Source: an uncultured Acidobacteriota bacterium
Lineage (GTDB): Bacteria > Acidobacteriota > Vicinamibacteria > Fen-336
Direction: 5' to 3'
Assembly: GCA_963720545.1 (NCBI GenBank)
Contig: OY970399.1
Coordinates: forward strand, 3,584,001 to 3,648,000
Length of the DNA stretch: 64,000 nucleotides
Shown one piece after another: positions 62,156 to 64,000 of the stretch. Within the stretch, counting starts at the first letter, position 1; each line of letters starts with the position of its first letter. The position numbers were made by a program, and so were the translations under genes. Under the pieces are notes generated by a model. The model was not told where the DNA came from. It ran no database searches and saw only the letters and a list, made by a program, of their open reading frames with translations.

Positions 62156-62671
62156 TCAGGCAGTCTTCTCGGCTGTGGCGCTCGATTCGGTGGTGTCGCG
62201 AGTCACCAAAGGGACGATGCCGCCTGCCAGACCCGCGCCAAGTGCGAGAACACCCCAGGTCAAGCCGGGTCGCGAGATGCCAAGCAGGGCGTCGAGGGAG
62301 AACGAACCGGCGCCGGTGAGGGCCAGCGCGAGGGCCGCAGTAGAAAGGACCAGCAGGTACTCGTAGCCGCCGCTCGGAGCGAAGAACCCGTTCTTGAGGT
62401 GGACGGTCACGGCCGCCACCAGCATCACGCCAATGATCGCCGCCGCAGCCGCGGGCGTCGCAAGCCCGGCAGCAAGGGCCAGCCCGCCGAAGAACTCGGC
62501 CGCGCCGGCCTGGGCCGCATAAATGCGTCCGGGCCGGAAGCCCAATTGCTCGAGGAACTGCCCCGTGCCGCTCAGGCCGTACCCGCCGAACCAGCCGAAC
62601 AGCTTTTGCGCGCCATGCGCCGCCAGGGTCAGTCCCACCACCAGGCGCAAGATCAACAAACCAGTGTCCAT
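62156..62671 (-). CDS. DoxX family membrane protein
   Basis: LRL..G..AHGAQKLFGWFGG, GGYEY, GAGSFSLD. Confidence 0.9.
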   Translation of the reverse strand: MDTGLLILRLVVGLTLAAHGAQKLFGWFGGYGLSGTGQFLEQLGFRPGRIYAAQAGAAEFFGGLALAAGLATPAAAAAIIGVMLVAAVTVHLKNGFFAPSGGYEYLLVLSTAALALALTGAGSFSLDALLGISRPGLTWGVLALGAGLAGGIVPLVTRDTTESSATAEKTA

Positions 62672-62791
62672 GTCAGCCTCCAGGCTTTCGTCAGGGGAGT
62701 CACTTCCCCAACGAAAGCAATGTAGGCCGAATGGTATCTCATGTCAAGTAGCTATCTATTGGAAAGCAGACGGAGTACAATCCTTTTCAGG

Positions 62792-63115
62792 ATGGGCAAA
62801 ACACTCGATCCCCATTGCCGGGCGTACCAGAACGCGGTCGACCTGATCGCGCGCCCGTGGACCGGGCTCATCCTGAGCCTGCTTCAGGAGGGTCCGCTAC
62901 GGTTCAGCGAGCTCGAAGAGGGAACCCGCGGCGTCGGCGCCAAGACCCTGTCCGCGCGCCTCAAGGAACTTGAAGCCCGAAAAGTGATCGCGCGTCACGT
63001 GGAGGCGGGGCCTCCGGTGCGCGTGCAGTACGCGCTGACATCCAAAGGCCGCGCTTTCCAGCACGTCGCGGCAGCGATCGAGCGCTGGGGCAGGGAACTG
63101 ATTGCCGACGACTAG
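62792..63115 (+). CDS. HxlR-family winged-helix regulator
   Basis: N-terminal Cys, RFSEL, LSARLKELE, PPVRVQYALT.KG. Confidence 0.88.
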   Translation: MGKTLDPHCRAYQNAVDLIARPWTGLILSLLQEGPLRFSELEEGTRGVGAKTLSARLKELEARKVIARHVEAGPPVRVQYALTSKGRAFQHVAAAIERWGRELIADD

Positions 63116-63116
63116 C

Positions 63117-63596
63117 TCAACGCACTCGCTTGAAGGCGGAGACAGGCACCGAGCCGTCCGGACGCGGCGGGACCCGCCACTCGAGGTCGTCGCCCACGAG
63201 CGTATAGACGCGCAGCTGCGTCGTGTCGTCGAAGTTGGGGTACGAGGCGCCGACGATCTGGAGCGTGATGGTGCTCTTCGCCGCGTCGACGGTGTAGGTG
63301 CCGAAGAGCGTGCTCATCGTGACGACCGCTTCCCGATACTCTTCAGGCGTGCCGCGCAGCCTGTCTTGCGACGCGAATTTCAGCCGGTCGGCACGGAAGA
63401 CGTTGATGGAGAAATGCCCGTCCGCGGTGAAGATGGCCTGGCCGCGGGGGTTGGGACCATAGTCGGCCGTGCGCGTACCGTCGGTCTTGATGACGTCCGC
63501 CGCGGTCAGCGTCCACGTGCCAACGACGGGGGACGGCGTCTGTGCCGTCGCGATCGCCGGAACCAGCGCGCATAGAAGGACGAGCGACCTGTTCAT
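63117..63596 (-). CDS. Lipocalin-like domain secreted protein
   Basis: Signal peptide, VVGTWTL, FGTYTVD, ASYPN. Confidence 0.8.
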   Translation of the reverse strand: MNRSLVLLCALVPAIATAQTPSPVVGTWTLTAADVIKTDGTRTADYGPNPRGQAIFTADGHFSINVFRADRLKFASQDRLRGTPEEYREAVVTMSTLFGTYTVDAAKSTITLQIVGASYPNFDDTTQLRVYTLVGDDLEWRVPPRPDGSVPVSAFKRVR

Positions 63597-63667
63597 AGTT
63601 CAGTAGCTCCTCTACGATGTGAGTACAAAGAGTAGACGTTGTTGAGTGCCCAGGACAGGAGGACGAG

Positions 63668-64000
63668 ATGGCGCAGAAGATCACGTACTGGCTCACCACG
63701 ATCATCGCCGCCGCGATGCTCGGGATGGCGGTTACCTATTTCACCAACCCGGAAGCGGTCGCCGGCTTCAGCCACGTCGGGTACCCGCAACACCTGAGAG
63801 TTGTGCTCGGGGTGGCCAAGCCCGCCGCCGGCGTCGTTTTGCTGCTGCCGGGACTTGGCCTGCTCAAGGAGTGGGCCTACGCGGGAGCGTCCTTCGCATG
63901 GTCGATGGCATTCATCGCGCATCACCAGGCCGGCGACGGCCCAGTCGCGTTCGTGCCGCTCGCGCTGCTGGCCATCCTGATCGTCTCCTATTTGACGAGA
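63668..64000 (+). CDS. DoxX-like (DoxX_2) membrane protein, truncated by window end
   Basis: AGGAGG RBS; YW.TT..GYP..LGVAK..LKEWAYAG; not in the ORF track because it has no stop in the window. Confidence 0.85.
   Translation, partial: MAQKITYWLTTIIAAAMLGMAVTYFTNPEAVAGFSHVGYPQHLRVVLGVAKPAAGVVLLLPGLGLLKEWAYAGASFAWSMAFIAHHQAGDGPVAFVPLALLAILIVSYLTR

Overview
GC-rich bacterial chromosomal window, most likely Acidobacteriota (inference: four ADOP-type duplicated orphan permeases, an acidobacterial-type PadR, and a TonB-dependent receptor with an N-terminal carboxypeptidase-regulatory-like domain). It holds about 55 protein-coding genes. These include a DUF1080/Gfo-Idh-MocA/cytochrome c/TonB sugar-type locus, a TM0106-type nuclease-helicase, transporters, a MerR metal-response unit, a redox-stress block (msrB-dipZ-msrA, a flavoprotein disulfide reductase, aldo/keto reductase, katG), a PLD-family protein and a type IB topoisomerase. 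I saw no rRNA, tRNA, canonical CRISPR array or DDE transposase. The most unusual structure is a 2.2-kb segment (891-3097) between two convergent genes. It is bounded by imperfect inverted repeats and contains two REP-like hairpin repeats, a DUF222-like/HNH nuclease gene with a perfect 18-bp palindrome just after the HNH domain, and a non-coding array of about 8 degenerate ~50-bp units. A solo palindrome with the same ACT-N3-TCCGGA-N3-AGT architecture lies at 18128-18153. Also seen: many apparently leaderless genes, overlapping bidirectional -10 boxes, two probable CTG starts, two single-base frameshifts and several slippage-type repeat expansions. All product calls come from motif recognition by eye; no database search was run.
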